Shown here piece by piece: positions 40,031 to 48,692 of a stretch of DNA of 48,692 bases (positions within the stretch are counted from its first letter, which is position 1; each line of letters begins with the position of its first letter). The notes below the pieces were generated by a model, which saw nothing but the letters and a program-made list of their open reading frames with translations, was not told the DNA's origin and made no database searches. The position numbers and the translations under genes are program-made. Source of the stretch: a virus (Duplodnaviria > Heunggongvirae > Uroviricota > Caudoviricetes). The stretch lies in IMG/VR virus record IMGVR_UViG_2654588006_000004. One strand, given 5' to 3'.

Positions 40031-40327
40031 TCAGGTATGATCAAATGAGGATTTGTTACTGTCATTTAGTTGCTTCACTGACATATTCTGCGAACAACAT
40101 GCCGAACGTCGTAAATATGACCAGTCAATATCAGGACGAAGTTCTTCGCACAGAACCTCACCTCTTGTTGCACGTTCAATTGCTGGACATCTCTCGGCAG
40201 GCAATTGACGTACCCCTTTGATCCATTGATTTACGCTTGGAGGTGATACACCTAAAAGCCTAGCCATTGCTGATTGCCCACCGACAACAGCACAAGCTTG
40301 CTTGAATGAATAGTTCTCTTTTTTCAT
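40031..40327 (-). CDS. ydaS: YdaS (Cro-like HTH protein)
   Basis: 98 aa; HTH QSAMARLLGVSPPSVNQWIKG; divergent from racR. Confidence 0.85.
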   Translation of the reverse strand: MKKENYSFKQACAVVGGQSAMARLLGVSPPSVNQWIKGVRQLPAERCPAIERATRGEVLCEELRPDIDWSYLRRSACCSQNMSVKQLNDSNKSSFDHT

Positions 40328-40353
40328 CGAATGAACTCCAAAAACACACAGAA

Positions 40354-40383
40354 ATATTAGGCGACGCCTAACGCAATTGTCAA
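40354..40383 (-). promoter_or_regulatory. PR-like promoter for ydaS (consensus -35 TTGACA, 18-bp spacer, -10 TAATAT)
   Basis: Minus strand reads TTGACA-attgcgttaggcgtcgcc-TAATAT; the spacer contains the palindrome TTAGGCGACGCCTAA. Confidence 0.5.
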
Positions 40384-40437
40384 TAGGCTGTGCCTAATGC
40401 GGTAAGGGTAGGGATTGCCTAATGTAATGCGCATAGG
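40357..40437. promoter_or_regulatory. Operator cluster between ydaS and racR (TAGGC/GCCTA palindromes)
   Basis: TTAGGCG-A-CGCCTAA (40357-40371), TAGGC-TGT-GCCTA (40384-40396), imperfect GCCTAAT...CATAGG (40417-40437). Confidence 0.55.
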
Positions 40438-40450
40438 AGAATATTAAGCA

Positions 40451-40927
40451 ATGCTTAGTGGTAAAGACTTAGGCCGAGCGATAGAGCAGGCCATTAACAA
40501 AAAAATCGCATCGGGATCCGTCAAATCAAAGGCGGAGGTCGCACGCCACTTCAAAGTCCAACCACCATCAATTTATGACTGGATTAAGAAAGGCTCTATA
40601 AGTAAAGATAAACTTCCAGAATTATGGCGTTTCTTTTCTGATGTTGTTGGTCCAGAGCATTGGGGGCTTAACGAATACCCCATACCAACCCCCACCAATT
40701 CAGATACAAAAAGTGAACTTTTAGATATAAACAACCTTTATCAAGCAGCCTCTGATGAAATAAGAGCGATTGTAGCTTTCCTGTTATCTGGAAATGCTAC
40801 AGAACCAGATTGGGTTGACCACGATGTTCGCGCCTATATAGCAGCGATGGAAATGAAAGTGGGTAAGTATCTGAAAGCTCTAGAATCTGAACGGAAAAGC
40901 CAGAACATCACAAAAACTGGAACTTAA
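40451..40927 (+). CDS. racR: Prophage repressor RacR
   Basis: 158 aa; matches recalled RacR; GGAG SD 8 nt upstream. Confidence 0.9.
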   Translation: MLSGKDLGRAIEQAINKKIASGSVKSKAEVARHFKVQPPSIYDWIKKGSISKDKLPELWRFFSDVVGPEHWGLNEYPIPTPTNSDTKSELLDINNLYQAASDEIRAIVAFLLSGNATEPDWVDHDVRAYIAAMEMKVGKYLKALESERKSQNITKTGT

Positions 40928-41000
40928 ACTTATATGGTCTGACGGAAAACTCCTGGATTCCGTTATTTAACCCCCCCATCACTTTCTGCTGTCGCCATCA

Positions 41001-41063
41001 CCTATTAGGTTACGCTCAAAACATTAGGCATAGCCTATTGACAATCAATTAGGCATTACCTAT
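41001..41063. promoter_or_regulatory. Second operator cluster downstream of racR (OL-like)
   Basis: CCTA-T-TAGG (41001-41009), TAGGC-ATA-GCCTA (41025-41037), TTAGGCATTACCTA (41049-41062); same half-site as the racR-ydaS operators. Confidence 0.5.
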
Positions 41064-41066
41064 AGT
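41038..41066 (+). promoter_or_regulatory. PL-like promoter (TTGACA, 17-bp spacer, TATAGT) driving ydaG-ydaF and the early-left operon
   Basis: Read directly; -35 abuts one operator palindrome and the spacer/-10 overlap another. Confidence 0.5.
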
Positions 41067-41235
41067 TCCAGCATACCACCCACCCCGCCCCACAGAACGC
41101 CGGGCAATACTTCGAGTTACCAGGCAGTGGTAAGGGGTTAAGTAGCCAGCCCGAGGCGTATGAACATGACGGCGGGATTCAAATTTTGCAGTGCAGCAGT
41201 TAGTTCCGCCACCCGGCGTTAAGGGGAGAGATAAG

Positions 41236-41370
41236 ATGGTGCATTACGAAGTAGTTCAGTATTTGATGGATTGTTGCGGTATCACTTACAACCAGGCTGT
41301 GCAGGCTTTACGCAGCAACGACTGGGATCTCTGGCAGGCAGAAGTCGCTATACGTAGCAACAAGATGTGA
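41236..41370 (+). CDS. ydaG: Small protein YdaG
   Basis: 44-aa ORF MVHYEVVQYLMDCCGITYNQAVQALRSNDWDLWQAEVAIRSNKM (below the track cutoff); AAGGGGAG SD; matches recalled Rac YdaG. Confidence 0.7.
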   Translation: MVHYEVVQYLMDCCGITYNQAVQALRSNDWDLWQAEVAIRSNKM

Positions 41371-41380
41371 GATTCGCAAA

Positions 41381-41536
41381 ATGCAAAAAATCGACCTCGG
41401 CAACAACGAATCCCTGGTGTGCGGCGTGTTCCCCAACCAGGATGGAACGTTCACTGCCATGACGTATACCAAAAGCAAAACATTTAAAACCGAAACTGGT
41501 GCGCGCCGATGGTTGGAGAAGCACACAGTAAGCTAA
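41381..41536 (+). CDS. ydaF: Small protein YdaF
   Basis: 51-aa ORF MQKIDLGNNESLVCGVFPNQDGTFTAMTYTKSKTFKTETGARRWLEKHTVS translated by hand; 10 nt after ydaG. Confidence 0.7.
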   Translation: MQKIDLGNNESLVCGVFPNQDGTFTAMTYTKSKTFKTETGARRWLEKHTVS

Positions 41537-42021
41537 CGATTAAAACGTCTACTCCTGCTGTTCCAGAATAACTTCATAAAATGGGAGTATTTTTCGGTGA
41601 CGAGATAATAAGAACAGTTTGCGCTATCACTCTGATGTTGAATGATGCCCTTCCGTTCTAATTTTTTCATAACCGGGTTACGGCAAGGAGAAGTGATAAT
41701 AAGATTTCCTGTTTTAAGGAAATCTTTAAATACAGCGATTTCTTTCTCAGATAAACGAAGCAATACTCGTTGCTCTGGTAGTAATGAATAATGCTTTTGA
41801 ATATGTGCTCGCAATCTTGAGAAGGAAATGGCGACCACGAAAGAAAAGGCAAAAACGATAATCTGAAAGAGCCAAGGTATTTCAGTATAAGCATTGAATG
41901 CGGCAGTAAACTCTTTCGGTATCAGCCAGAGAGTGAGACCAAAAATGATAATCGTATACATAAGTCTTTCGAGTGGCTCGTTAGCAAAAAGTTTCAACAA
42001 TGGAGTAAATACATCCAACAT
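41533..42021 (-). CDS. sieB: Superinfection exclusion protein SieB
   Basis: 162 aa from MLDVFTPLLKLFANEPLERLMYTIIIFGLTLWLIP...; membrane protein; track ORF extends upstream to 42144. Confidence 0.85.
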   Translation of the reverse strand: MLDVFTPLLKLFANEPLERLMYTIIIFGLTLWLIPKEFTAAFNAYTEIPWLFQIIVFAFSFVVAISFSRLRAHIQKHYSLLPEQRVLLRLSEKEIAVFKDFLKTGNLIITSPCRNPVMKKLERKGIIQHQSDSANCSYYLVTEKYSHFMKLFWNSRSRRFNR

Positions 42022-42462
42022 ATCAATAACTCTCAACTGTAAGGGTATTGAAATGTTAACACAAGCTCTCGCTGTAGGGGTATAGCCGAGACCACCGAAG
42101 CCCGGAGGTGGTGAAATAAAACCGGGCACAACACGAAGGCGCATTTCCGATATCCATAAAGAGTCGGTCTTGTCTGTTAAATTTAAATGGTGGGAGTGCG
42201 CCTCCGGTTGTAAATAACGACATTGCTGTGTGTAGTCCTGGCGGCATCAGTTTTTTTCTTGAAGTTCGGCTGATGTCCGCCCTTTTTAAAGTGAATTTTG
42301 TGATGCGGTGAATGCGGCTAAGCGCACGTGGCACAGTTAAAAGTCATGTTAGTCCTTATTGGTTTGGGTGGGAAAGCCGACTGTAATTGTTAACTGGTTG
42401 CAGTCACCTGGAGGCACCAGGCACCGCATCAACAAAGTTCATTTGTAAAAATGGAGATAATT

Positions 42463-42684
42463 ATGATTGCACATCACTTCGGAACTGATGAAATACCACG
42501 TCAGTGTGTGACTCCTGGCGATTATGTTCTTCATGAAGGCCGGACATATATTGCCTCGGCAAACAATATTAAAAAGCGAAAACTATATATTCGTAACCTG
42601 ACCACAAAAACATGCATTACTGACCGCATGATTAAAGTCTTCCTCGGTCGTGATGGTTTACCTGTAAAGGCGGAGTCATGGTGA
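42463..42684 (+). CDS. kilR: Cell-division inhibitor KilR
   Basis: 73 aa [35 protein letters not shown]... matches recalled KilR; GGAG SD. Confidence 0.9.
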   Translation: MIAHHFGTDEIPRQCVTPGDYVLHEGRTYIASANNIKKRKLYIRNLTTKTCITDRMIKVFLGRDGLPVKAESW

Positions 42685-42854
42685 TGCCTAAGAAAATAAA
42701 ATGTGCTTACCACCTTTGCAAAAAAGACGTTGAAGAAAGCAAAGCTATTGAAAGAATGCTTCACTTCATGCACGGGATTTTATCAAAAGACGAACCGAGA
42801 AAATATTGCAGTGAAGCTTGTGCCGAAAAAGACCAGATGGCACATGAACTTTAA
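42684..42854 (+). CDS. ydaE: Small Cys-containing protein YdaE
   Basis: 56-aa [59 protein letters not shown]; ATG overlaps the kilR stop (TGATG); below the track cutoff. Confidence 0.7.
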   Translation: MPKKIKCAYHLCKKDVEESKAIERMLHFMHGILSKDEPRKYCSEACAEKDQMAHEL

Positions 42855-42928
42855 TTAATTGACTATTCGAAACTGAATTTATGCCAGAAATGGCAGGTAT
42901 TCGCTCAACCTTAATTAAGGAGAAAAAC

Positions 42929-43204
42929 ATGATTACCAATTATGAAGCCACTGTTGTAACTACCGATGACATTGTTCACGAGGTGAATCTGGAAGGAAAG
43001 CGCATTGGCTACGTAATTAAAACAGAAAATAAAGAAACCCCATTCACTGTGGTTGATATCGATGGTCCATCAGGCAACGTAAAAACACTTGATGAAGGTG
43101 TCAAAAAAATGTGCCTGGTGCATATCGGAAAGAATCTGCCCGCAGAAAAAAAAGCCGAATTTCTGGCAACTCTAATTGCAATGAAATTAAAAGGTGAAAT
43201 CTGA
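42929..43204 (+). CDS. racC: RacC
   Basis: 91 aa from MITNYEATVVTTDDIVHEVNLEGKR...; AAGGAG SD. Confidence 0.85.
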   Translation: MITNYEATVVTTDDIVHEVNLEGKRIGYVIKTENKETPFTVVDIDGPSGNVKTLDEGVKKMCLVHIGKNLPAEKKAEFLATLIAMKLKGEI

Positions 43205-43305
43205 AAGAAATAGCCTGCGTATGGCGCAGGCTATGAACAGTGTGTATCCGGCAAGATCATTCACTGAACAAAACGAATTTTAATCTGAGTTGAGGTTAAA
43301 AAACA

Positions 43306-45906
43306 ATGAGCACAAAACCACTCTTCCTGTTACGGAAAGCGAAAAAATCATCCGGTGAACCTGACGTCGTCCTGTGGGCAAGCAACGATTTTGAATCGAC
43401 CTGTGCCACTCTGGACTACCTGATCGTTAAGTCAGGTAAAAAACTGAGCAGCTATTTTAAAGCTGTTGCCACGAATTTTCCTGTCGTTAATGACCTGCCC
43501 GCTGAAGGTGAGATCGATTTTACCTGGAGTGAACGCTATCAACTCAGCAAAGACTCCATGACATGGGAACTAAAACCGGGAGCAGCACCAGACAACGCTC
43601 ATTATCAAGGCAATACCAACGTCAACGGCGAAGACATGACTGAGATTGAGGAGAATATGCTACTCCCAATTTCTGGCCAGGAACTGCCCATTCGTTGGCT
43701 TGCTCAACACGGCAGCGAAAAACCGGTAACGCACGTTTCACGCGACGGACTCCAGGCATTACACATTGCTCGGGCTGAAGAACTACCGGCTGTTACTGCC
43801 CTGGCTGTTTCCCACAAAACCAGCCTGCTCGACCCGCTGGAAATTCGCGAACTCCACAAACTGGTTCGTGACACTGACAAAGTTTTCCCTAATCCTGGTA
43901 ATTCAAACCTGGGACTGATAACTGCTTTTTTCGAAGCATACCTGAACGCTGACTACACCGATCGAGGACTGCTGACAAAAGAGTGGATGAAGGGTAATCG
44001 TGTTTCACACATCACTCGCACGGCTTCCGGTGCTAATGCTGGCGGCGGAAACCTCACCGATCGCGGCGAAGGTTTCGTACACGATCTGACGTCACTGGCG
44101 CGCGACGTAGCCACTGGCGTACTGGCCCGTTCAATGGATCTGGACATCTATAACCTTCATCCGGCACACGCTAAACGCATTGAGGAAATTATCGCTGAAA
44201 ATAAACCGCCCTTTTCTGTTTTCCGCGACAAATTCATCACCATGCCTGGCGGGCTGGATTATTCCCGCGCCATCGTGGTTGCGTCCGTAAAAGAAGCACC
44301 AATTGGGATCGAGGTCATCCCCGCGCACGTCACTGAATATCTGAACAAAGTACTGACTGAAACCGATCATGCCAACCCTGATCCGGAAATCGTGGATATT
44401 GCCTGCGGTCGCTCCTCTGCCCCGATGCCGCAGCGAGTAACAGAAGAAGGAAAACAGGATGATGAAGAAAAACCGCAACCATCTGGAACAACGGCAGTTG
44501 AACAGGGAGAGGCTGAAACAATGGAACCGGACGCAACTGAACATCATCAGGACACGCAGCCGCTGGATGCTCAGTCACAGGTAAATTCTGTTGATGCGAA
44601 ATATCAGGAACTGCGGGCAGAACTCCATGAAGCCCGGAAAAACATTCCATCAAAAAATCCTGTCGATGCCGATAAATTGCTTGCTGCATCACGTGGTGAA
44701 TTTGTTGACGGAATTAGCGACCCGAACGATCCGAAATGGGTAAAGGGGATCCAGACTCGCGATTGTGTGTACCAGAACCAGCCAGAAACGGAAAAAACCA
44801 GCCCAGATATGAATCAACCTGAGCCAGTAGTGCAACAGGAACCGGAAATAGCCTGCAATGCCTGCGGCCAGACTGGCGGGGATAACTGCCCTGACTGTGG
44901 TGCGGTGATGGGCGACGCAACATACCAGGAAACATTCGATGAAGAGAGTCAGGTTGAAGCTAAGGAAAATGATCCGGAGGAAATGGAAGGCGCTGAACAT
45001 CCGCACAATGAGAATGCTGGCAGCGATCCGCATCACGATTGCAGTGATGAAACTGGCGAAGTCGCAGATCCCGTAATCGTAGAAGACATAGAGCCAGGTA
45101 TTTATTACGGAATTTCGAATGAGAATTACCACGCGGGTCCCGGTATCAGTAAGTCTCAGCTCGATGACATTGCTGATACTCCGGCACTATATTTGTGGCG
45201 TAAAAATGCCCCCGTGGACACCACAAAGACAAAAACGCTCGATTTAGGAACTGCTTTCCACTGCCGGGTACTTGAACCGGAAGAATTCAGTAACCGCTTT
45301 ATCGTAGCACCTGAATTTAACCGCCGTACAAACGCCGGAAAAGAAGAAGAGAAAGCGTTTCTGATGGAATGCGCAAGCACAGGAAAAACGGTTATCACTG
45401 CGGAAGAAGGCCGGAAAATTGAACTCATGTATCAAAGCGTTATGGCTTTGCCGCTGGGGCAATGGCTTGTTGAAAGCGCCGGACACGCTGAATCATCAAT
45501 TTACTGGGAAGATCCTGAAACAGGAATTTTGTGTCGGTGCCGTCCGGACAAAATTATCCCTGAATTTCACTGGATCATGGACGTGAAAACTACGGCGGAT
45601 ATTCAACGATTCAAAACCGCTTATTACGACTACCGCTATCACGTTCAGGATGCATTCTACAGTGACGGTTATGAAGCACAGTTTGGAGTGCAGCCAACTT
45701 TCGTTTTTCTGGTTGCCAGCACAACTATTGAATGCGGACGTTATCCGGTTGAAATTTTCATGATGGGCGAAGAAGCAAAACTGGCAGGTCAACAGGAATA
45801 TCACCGCAATCTGCGAACCCTGTCTGACTGCCTGAATACCGATGAATGGCCAGCTATTAAGACATTATCACTGCCCCGCTGGGCTAAGGAATATGCAAAT
45901 GACTAA
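43306..45906 (+). CDS. recE: Exonuclease VIII RecE
   Basis: 866 aa, the recalled RecE length; long acidic N-terminal region and C-terminal exonuclease domain; overlaps recT. Confidence 0.95.
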   Translation: MSTKPLFLLRKAKKSSGEPDVVLWASNDFESTCATLDYLIVKSGKKLSSYFKAVATNFPVVNDLPAEGEIDFTWSERYQLSKDSMTWELKPGAAPDNAHYQGNTNVNGEDMTEIEENMLLPISGQELPIRWLAQHGSEKPVTHVSRDGLQALHIARAEELPAVTALAVSHKTSLLDPLEIRELHKLVRDTDKVFPNPGNSNLGLITAFFEAYLNADYTDRGLLTKEWMKGNRVSHITRTASGANAGGGNLTDRGEGFVHDLTSLARDVATGVLARSMDLDIYNLHPAHAKRIEEIIAENKPPFSVFRDKFITMPGGLDYSRAIVVASVKEAPIGIEVIPAHVTEYLNKVLTETDHANPDPEIVDIACGRSSAPMPQRVTEEGKQDDEEKPQPSGTTAVEQGEAETMEPDATEHHQDTQPLDAQSQVNSVDAKYQELRAELHEARKNIPSKNPVDADKLLAASRGEFVDGISDPNDPKWVKGIQTRDCVYQNQPETEKTSPDMNQPEPVVQQEPEIACNACGQTGGDNCPDCGAVMGDATYQETFDEESQVEAKENDPEEMEGAEHPHNENAGSDPHHDCSDETGEVADPVIVEDIEPGIYYGISNENYHAGPGISKSQLDDIADTPALYLWRKNAPVDTTKTKTLDLGTAFHCRVLEPEEFSNRFIVAPEFNRRTNAGKEEEKAFLMECASTGKTVITAEEGRKIELMYQSVMALPLGQWLVESAGHAESSIYWEDPETGILCRCRPDKIIPEFHWIMDVKTTADIQRFKTAYYDYRYHVQDAFYSDGYEAQFGVQPTFVFLVASTTIECGRYPVEIFMMGEEAKLAGQQEYHRNLRTLSDCLNTDEWPAIKTLSLPRWAKEYAND

Positions 45907-46708
45907 GCAACCACCAATCGCAAAAGCCGATCTGCAAAAAACTCAGGGAAACCGTGCACCAGCAGCAGTTAAAAATAGCGACGTGATTAGTTTTATTAAC
46001 CAGCCATCAATGAAAGAGCAACTGGCAGCAGCTCTTCCACGCCATATGACGGCTGAACGTATGATCCGTATCGCCACTACAGAAATTCGTAAAGTTCCGG
46101 CGTTAGGAAACTGTGACACTATGAGTTTTGTCAGTGCGATCGTACAGTGTTCACAGCTCGGACTTGAGCCAGGTAGCGCCCTCGGTCATGCATATTTACT
46201 GCCTTTTGGTAATAAAAACGAAAAGAGCGGTAAAAAGAACGTTCAGCTAATCATTGGCTATCGCGGCATGATTGATCTGGCTCGCCGTTCTGGTCAAATC
46301 GCCAGCCTGTCAGCCCGTGTTGTCCGTGAAGGTGACGAGTTTAGCTTCGAATTTGGCCTTGATGAAAAGTTAATACACCGCCCGGGAGAAAACGAAGATG
46401 CCCCGGTTACCCACGTCTATGCTGTCGCAAGACTGAAAGACGGAGGTACTCAGTTTGAAGTTATGACGCGCAAACAGATTGAGCTGGTGCGCAGCCTGAG
46501 TAAAGCTGGTAATAACGGGCCGTGGGTAACTCACTGGGAAGAAATGGCAAAGAAAACGGCTATTCGTCGCCTGTTCAAATATCTGCCCGTATCAATTGAG
46601 ATCCAGCGTGCAGTATCAATGGATGAAAAGGAACCACTGACAATCGATCCTGCAGATTCCTCTGTATTAACCGGGGAATACAGTGTAATCGATAATTCAG
46701 AGGAATAA
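45899..46708 (+). CDS. recT: Single-strand annealing recombinase RecT
   Basis: 269 aa from [21 protein letters not shown]...; ATG embedded in the recE terminal codons. Confidence 0.95.
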   Translation: MTKQPPIAKADLQKTQGNRAPAAVKNSDVISFINQPSMKEQLAAALPRHMTAERMIRIATTEIRKVPALGNCDTMSFVSAIVQCSQLGLEPGSALGHAYLLPFGNKNEKSGKKNVQLIIGYRGMIDLARRSGQIASLSARVVREGDEFSFEFGLDEKLIHRPGENEDAPVTHVYAVARLKDGGTQFEVMTRKQIELVRSLSKAGNNGPWVTHWEEMAKKTAIRRLFKYLPVSIEIQRAVSMDEKEPLTIDPADSSVLTGEYSVIDNSEE

Positions 46709-46764
46709 TTCAGCCTGGCGGTGTAATGCACCGCCAACTTGAAATATTTTTTATGAGAAAAATT

Positions 46765-46959
46765 ATGAGATATGACAATGTTAAACCATGTCCATTTTGT
46801 GGTTGTCCATCAGTAACGGTGAAAGCCATTTCAGGATATTACCGAGCGAAGTGTAACGGATGCGAATCCCGAACCGGTTATGGTGGAAGTGAAAAAGAAG
46901 CACTCGAAAGATGGAATAAACGAACCACTGGAAATAATAATGGAGGTGTTCATGTATAA
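46765..46959 (+). CDS. ralR: Restriction alleviation protein RalR (Lar)
   Basis: 64 aa from MRYDNVKPCPFCGCPSVTVKAISGYYRAKCNGCESR... matches recalled RalR. Confidence 0.85.
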   Translation: MRYDNVKPCPFCGCPSVTVKAISGYYRAKCNGCESRTGYGGSEKEALERWNKRTTGNNNGGVHV

Positions 46960-47161
46960 AATTACCGCCACTATTGAAAAGGAAGGTGGCACTCCTACTA
47001 ACTGGACAAGATATTCAAAATCTAAACTAACGAAATCAGAATGCGAAAAAATGCTCTCAGGTAAAAAAGAAGCAGGCGTTTCCAGAGAGCAGAAAGTAAA
47101 ACTGATAAATTTTAATTGCGAGAAACTTCAGTCCTCGAGAATTGCATTGTATTCAAATTAA
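46952..47161 (+). CDS. ydaC: YdaC
   Basis: 69 aa from MYKITATIEKEGGTPTNWTRY...; GGAGG SD; overlaps ralR 3' end by 8 nt. Confidence 0.7.
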   Translation: MYKITATIEKEGGTPTNWTRYSKSKLTKSECEKMLSGKKEAGVSREQKVKLINFNCEKLQSSRIALYSN

Positions 47162-47239
47162 AACTTCATAGCTGATTATTAATAATCAACATCGGGCGTC
47201 AATTTCAGTCTAACATTGGCGCCTGCCAGAGGTGATGCG

Positions 47240-47455
47240 ATGGCACAAGTAATCTTTAATGAAGAGTGGATGGTTGAATACGGCCTGATGCTTCGCACTG
47301 GTCTGGGGGCCAGACAAATTGAAGCATACCGCCAGAACTGTTGGGTGGAGGGCTTCCACTTCAAACGAGTATCTCCTTTAGGTAAGCCAGACAGCAAACG
47401 AGGGATTATCTGGTACAACTATCCAAAGATAAATCAGTTTATCAAAGACTCATGA
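47240..47455 (+). CDS. xisR: Excisionase XisR
   Basis: 71 aa from [33 protein letters not shown]...; immediately upstream of int. Confidence 0.8.
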   Translation: MAQVIFNEEWMVEYGLMLRTGLGARQIEAYRQNCWVEGFHFKRVSPLGKPDSKRGIIWYNYPKINQFIKDS

Positions 47456-47456
47456 T

Positions 47457-48692
47457 ATGTCTAAATTACCAACAGGTGTCGAGATTAGAGGTAGATACAT
47501 TCGCATCTGGTTCATGTTTCGAGGAAAACGATGTCGGGAAACATTAAAAGGCTGGGAGATTACAAACAGTAATATTAAAAAGGCCGGAAATTTAAGAGCG
47601 CTGATAGTTCATGAAATAAACTCCGGTGAATTTGAGTATTTAAGACGTTTTCCCCAGTCCAGCACTGGGGCAAAAATGGTGACAACGAGAGTCATAAAAA
47701 CGTTCGGAGAGCTTTGTGATATCTGGACAAAAATTAAAGAGACAGAGTTAACAACAAACACAATGAAGAAAACGAAATCACAATTAAAAACACTCAGAAT
47801 AATAGTTTGTGAAAGTACCCCGATATCACATATTCGTTATAGCGATATCTTAAACTACCGGAATGAACTGCTGCATGGAGAAACGCTTTACCTGGATAAT
47901 CCAAGATCCAACAAAAAAGGAAGAACCGTGCGCACAGTTGATAACTATATCGCCCTGCTCTGTTCGCTGTTGCGTTTTGCGTATCAGTCGGGATTTATAT
48001 CAACCAAACCATTTGAAGGAGTAAAAAAATTACAGCGAAACAGAATAAAGCCTGATCCGTTATCTAAAACAGAATTCAATGCATTAATGGAAAGTGAAAA
48101 AGGACAGAGCCAGAACTTGTGGAAATTTGCCGTTTACTCAGGACTTCGTCACGGGGAACTGGCAGCTCTGGCGTGGGAGGATGTGGATCTCGAAAAGGGA
48201 ATAGTGAATGTCAGAAGAAACCTGACGATACTTGATATGTTCGGTCCCCCAAAAACAAATGCCGGGATCCGAACAGTAACACTACTGCAGCCTGCTCTTG
48301 AAGCACTGAAGGAGCAATACAAACTGACCGGGCATCATCGCAAAAGCGAAATCATCTTTTATCATCGGGAGTACGGCAGAACCGAAAAGCAAAAACTGCA
48401 TTTTGTTTTCATGCCCAGGGTGTGTAACGGAAAACAAAAACCTTATTACTCGGTAAGCAGTTTGGGGGCAAGGTGGAATGCAGCAGTAAAACGTGCTGGT
48501 ATTCGCCGCCGTAATCCGTACCATACGCGGCATACTTTTGCCTGCTGGCTGTTGACGGCAGGAGCGAACCCGGCATTTATAGCCAGCCAAATGGGGCATG
48601 AAACTGCGCAGATGGTGTATGAAATTTACGGTATGTGGATTGATGACATGAACGACGAACAGATAGCCATGTTGAATGCGCGGTTATCGTAG
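47457..48692 (+). CDS. intR: Tyrosine integrase IntR
   Basis: 411 aa; C-terminal catalytic region with HTRHTFA...Y motif region; last gene in the window. Confidence 0.9.
   Translation: MSKLPTGVEIRGRYIRIWFMFRGKRCRETLKGWEITNSNIKKAGNLRALIVHEINSGEFEYLRRFPQSSTGAKMVTTRVIKTFGELCDIWTKIKETELTTNTMKKTKSQLKTLRIIVCESTPISHIRYSDILNYRNELLHGETLYLDNPRSNKKGRTVRTVDNYIALLCSLLRFAYQSGFISTKPFEGVKKLQRNRIKPDPLSKTEFNALMESEKGQSQNLWKFAVYSGLRHGELAALAWEDVDLEKGIVNVRRNLTILDMFGPPKTNAGIRTVTLLQPALEALKEQYKLTGHHRKSEIIFYHREYGRTEKQKLHFVFMPRVCNGKQKPYYSVSSLGARWNAAVKRAGIRRRNPYHTRHTFACWLLTAGANPAFIASQMGHETAQMVYEIYGMWIDDMNDEQIAMLNARLS

Larger units (their letters stand above)
1..48692. mobile_element. Rac-family lambdoid prophage, near-complete; att sites outside window
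   Basis: Contiguous phage gene order from tail fibre genes to integrase; many products match recalled E. coli K-12 Rac proteins (RecE 866 aa, RecT, RacC, KilR, SieB, RacR, YdaS/T/U/V, TrkG, RalR, IntR) and lambda tail proteins. Confidence 0.85.

Noticed and set aside
43953-45804. Several minus-strand ORFs (64-147 aa) antisense to recE
   Set aside because: Lie entirely within recE; low-complexity composition; no RBS.
1-48692. CRISPR arrays, IS elements or att core repeats
   Set aside because: No regularly spaced direct repeats and no transposase-like ORF seen; lom is uninterrupted. The integrase is the last gene in the window, so att sites would lie outside it.

Overview
This window is a near-complete Rac-family lambdoid prophage of Escherichia coli; both attachment sites lie outside it. 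Everything below comes from reading the sequence and the ORF track, motif inspection and recalled protein sequences; no database search was run. Layout, left to right: a lambda-like tail module on the minus strand (Tfa, Stf, Lom, J, I, K, L, M, tape measure, G/G-T, tail tube; 55-15823); head-tail joining genes and a headful-type head module (capsid, scaffold, Mu-F-like, portal, TerL, TerS; 15850-24289); accessory genes (ParB-like nuclease, trkG); a phage-21-type lysis cassette (Rz/Rz1, SAR endolysin, S21 holin) with two inserted genes; two tandem lipoproteins with TolA-domain-III-like C-termini; a Q-like antiterminator with downstream terminators; nin-region genes; an AT-rich island of about 3.2 kb carrying one opposite-strand 824-aa gene that fuses a PD-(D/E)xK nuclease signature to a P-loop NTPase; replication genes (ydaU, ydaV); the immunity switch (ydaT, ydaS, racR with operator palindromes on both sides); and the early-left operon ending in intR (ydaG, ydaF, sieB, kilR, ydaE, racC, recE, recT, ralR, ydaC, xisR, intR). 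The 824-aa island gene is the best candidate for an undescribed defence function. Other points worth a second look are the TolA-III-like lipoproteins, an in-frame amber codon splitting the tape measure gene, a dnaX-type A_AAA_AAG slippery site for the G-T frameshift, and the insertion inside the lysis cassette.
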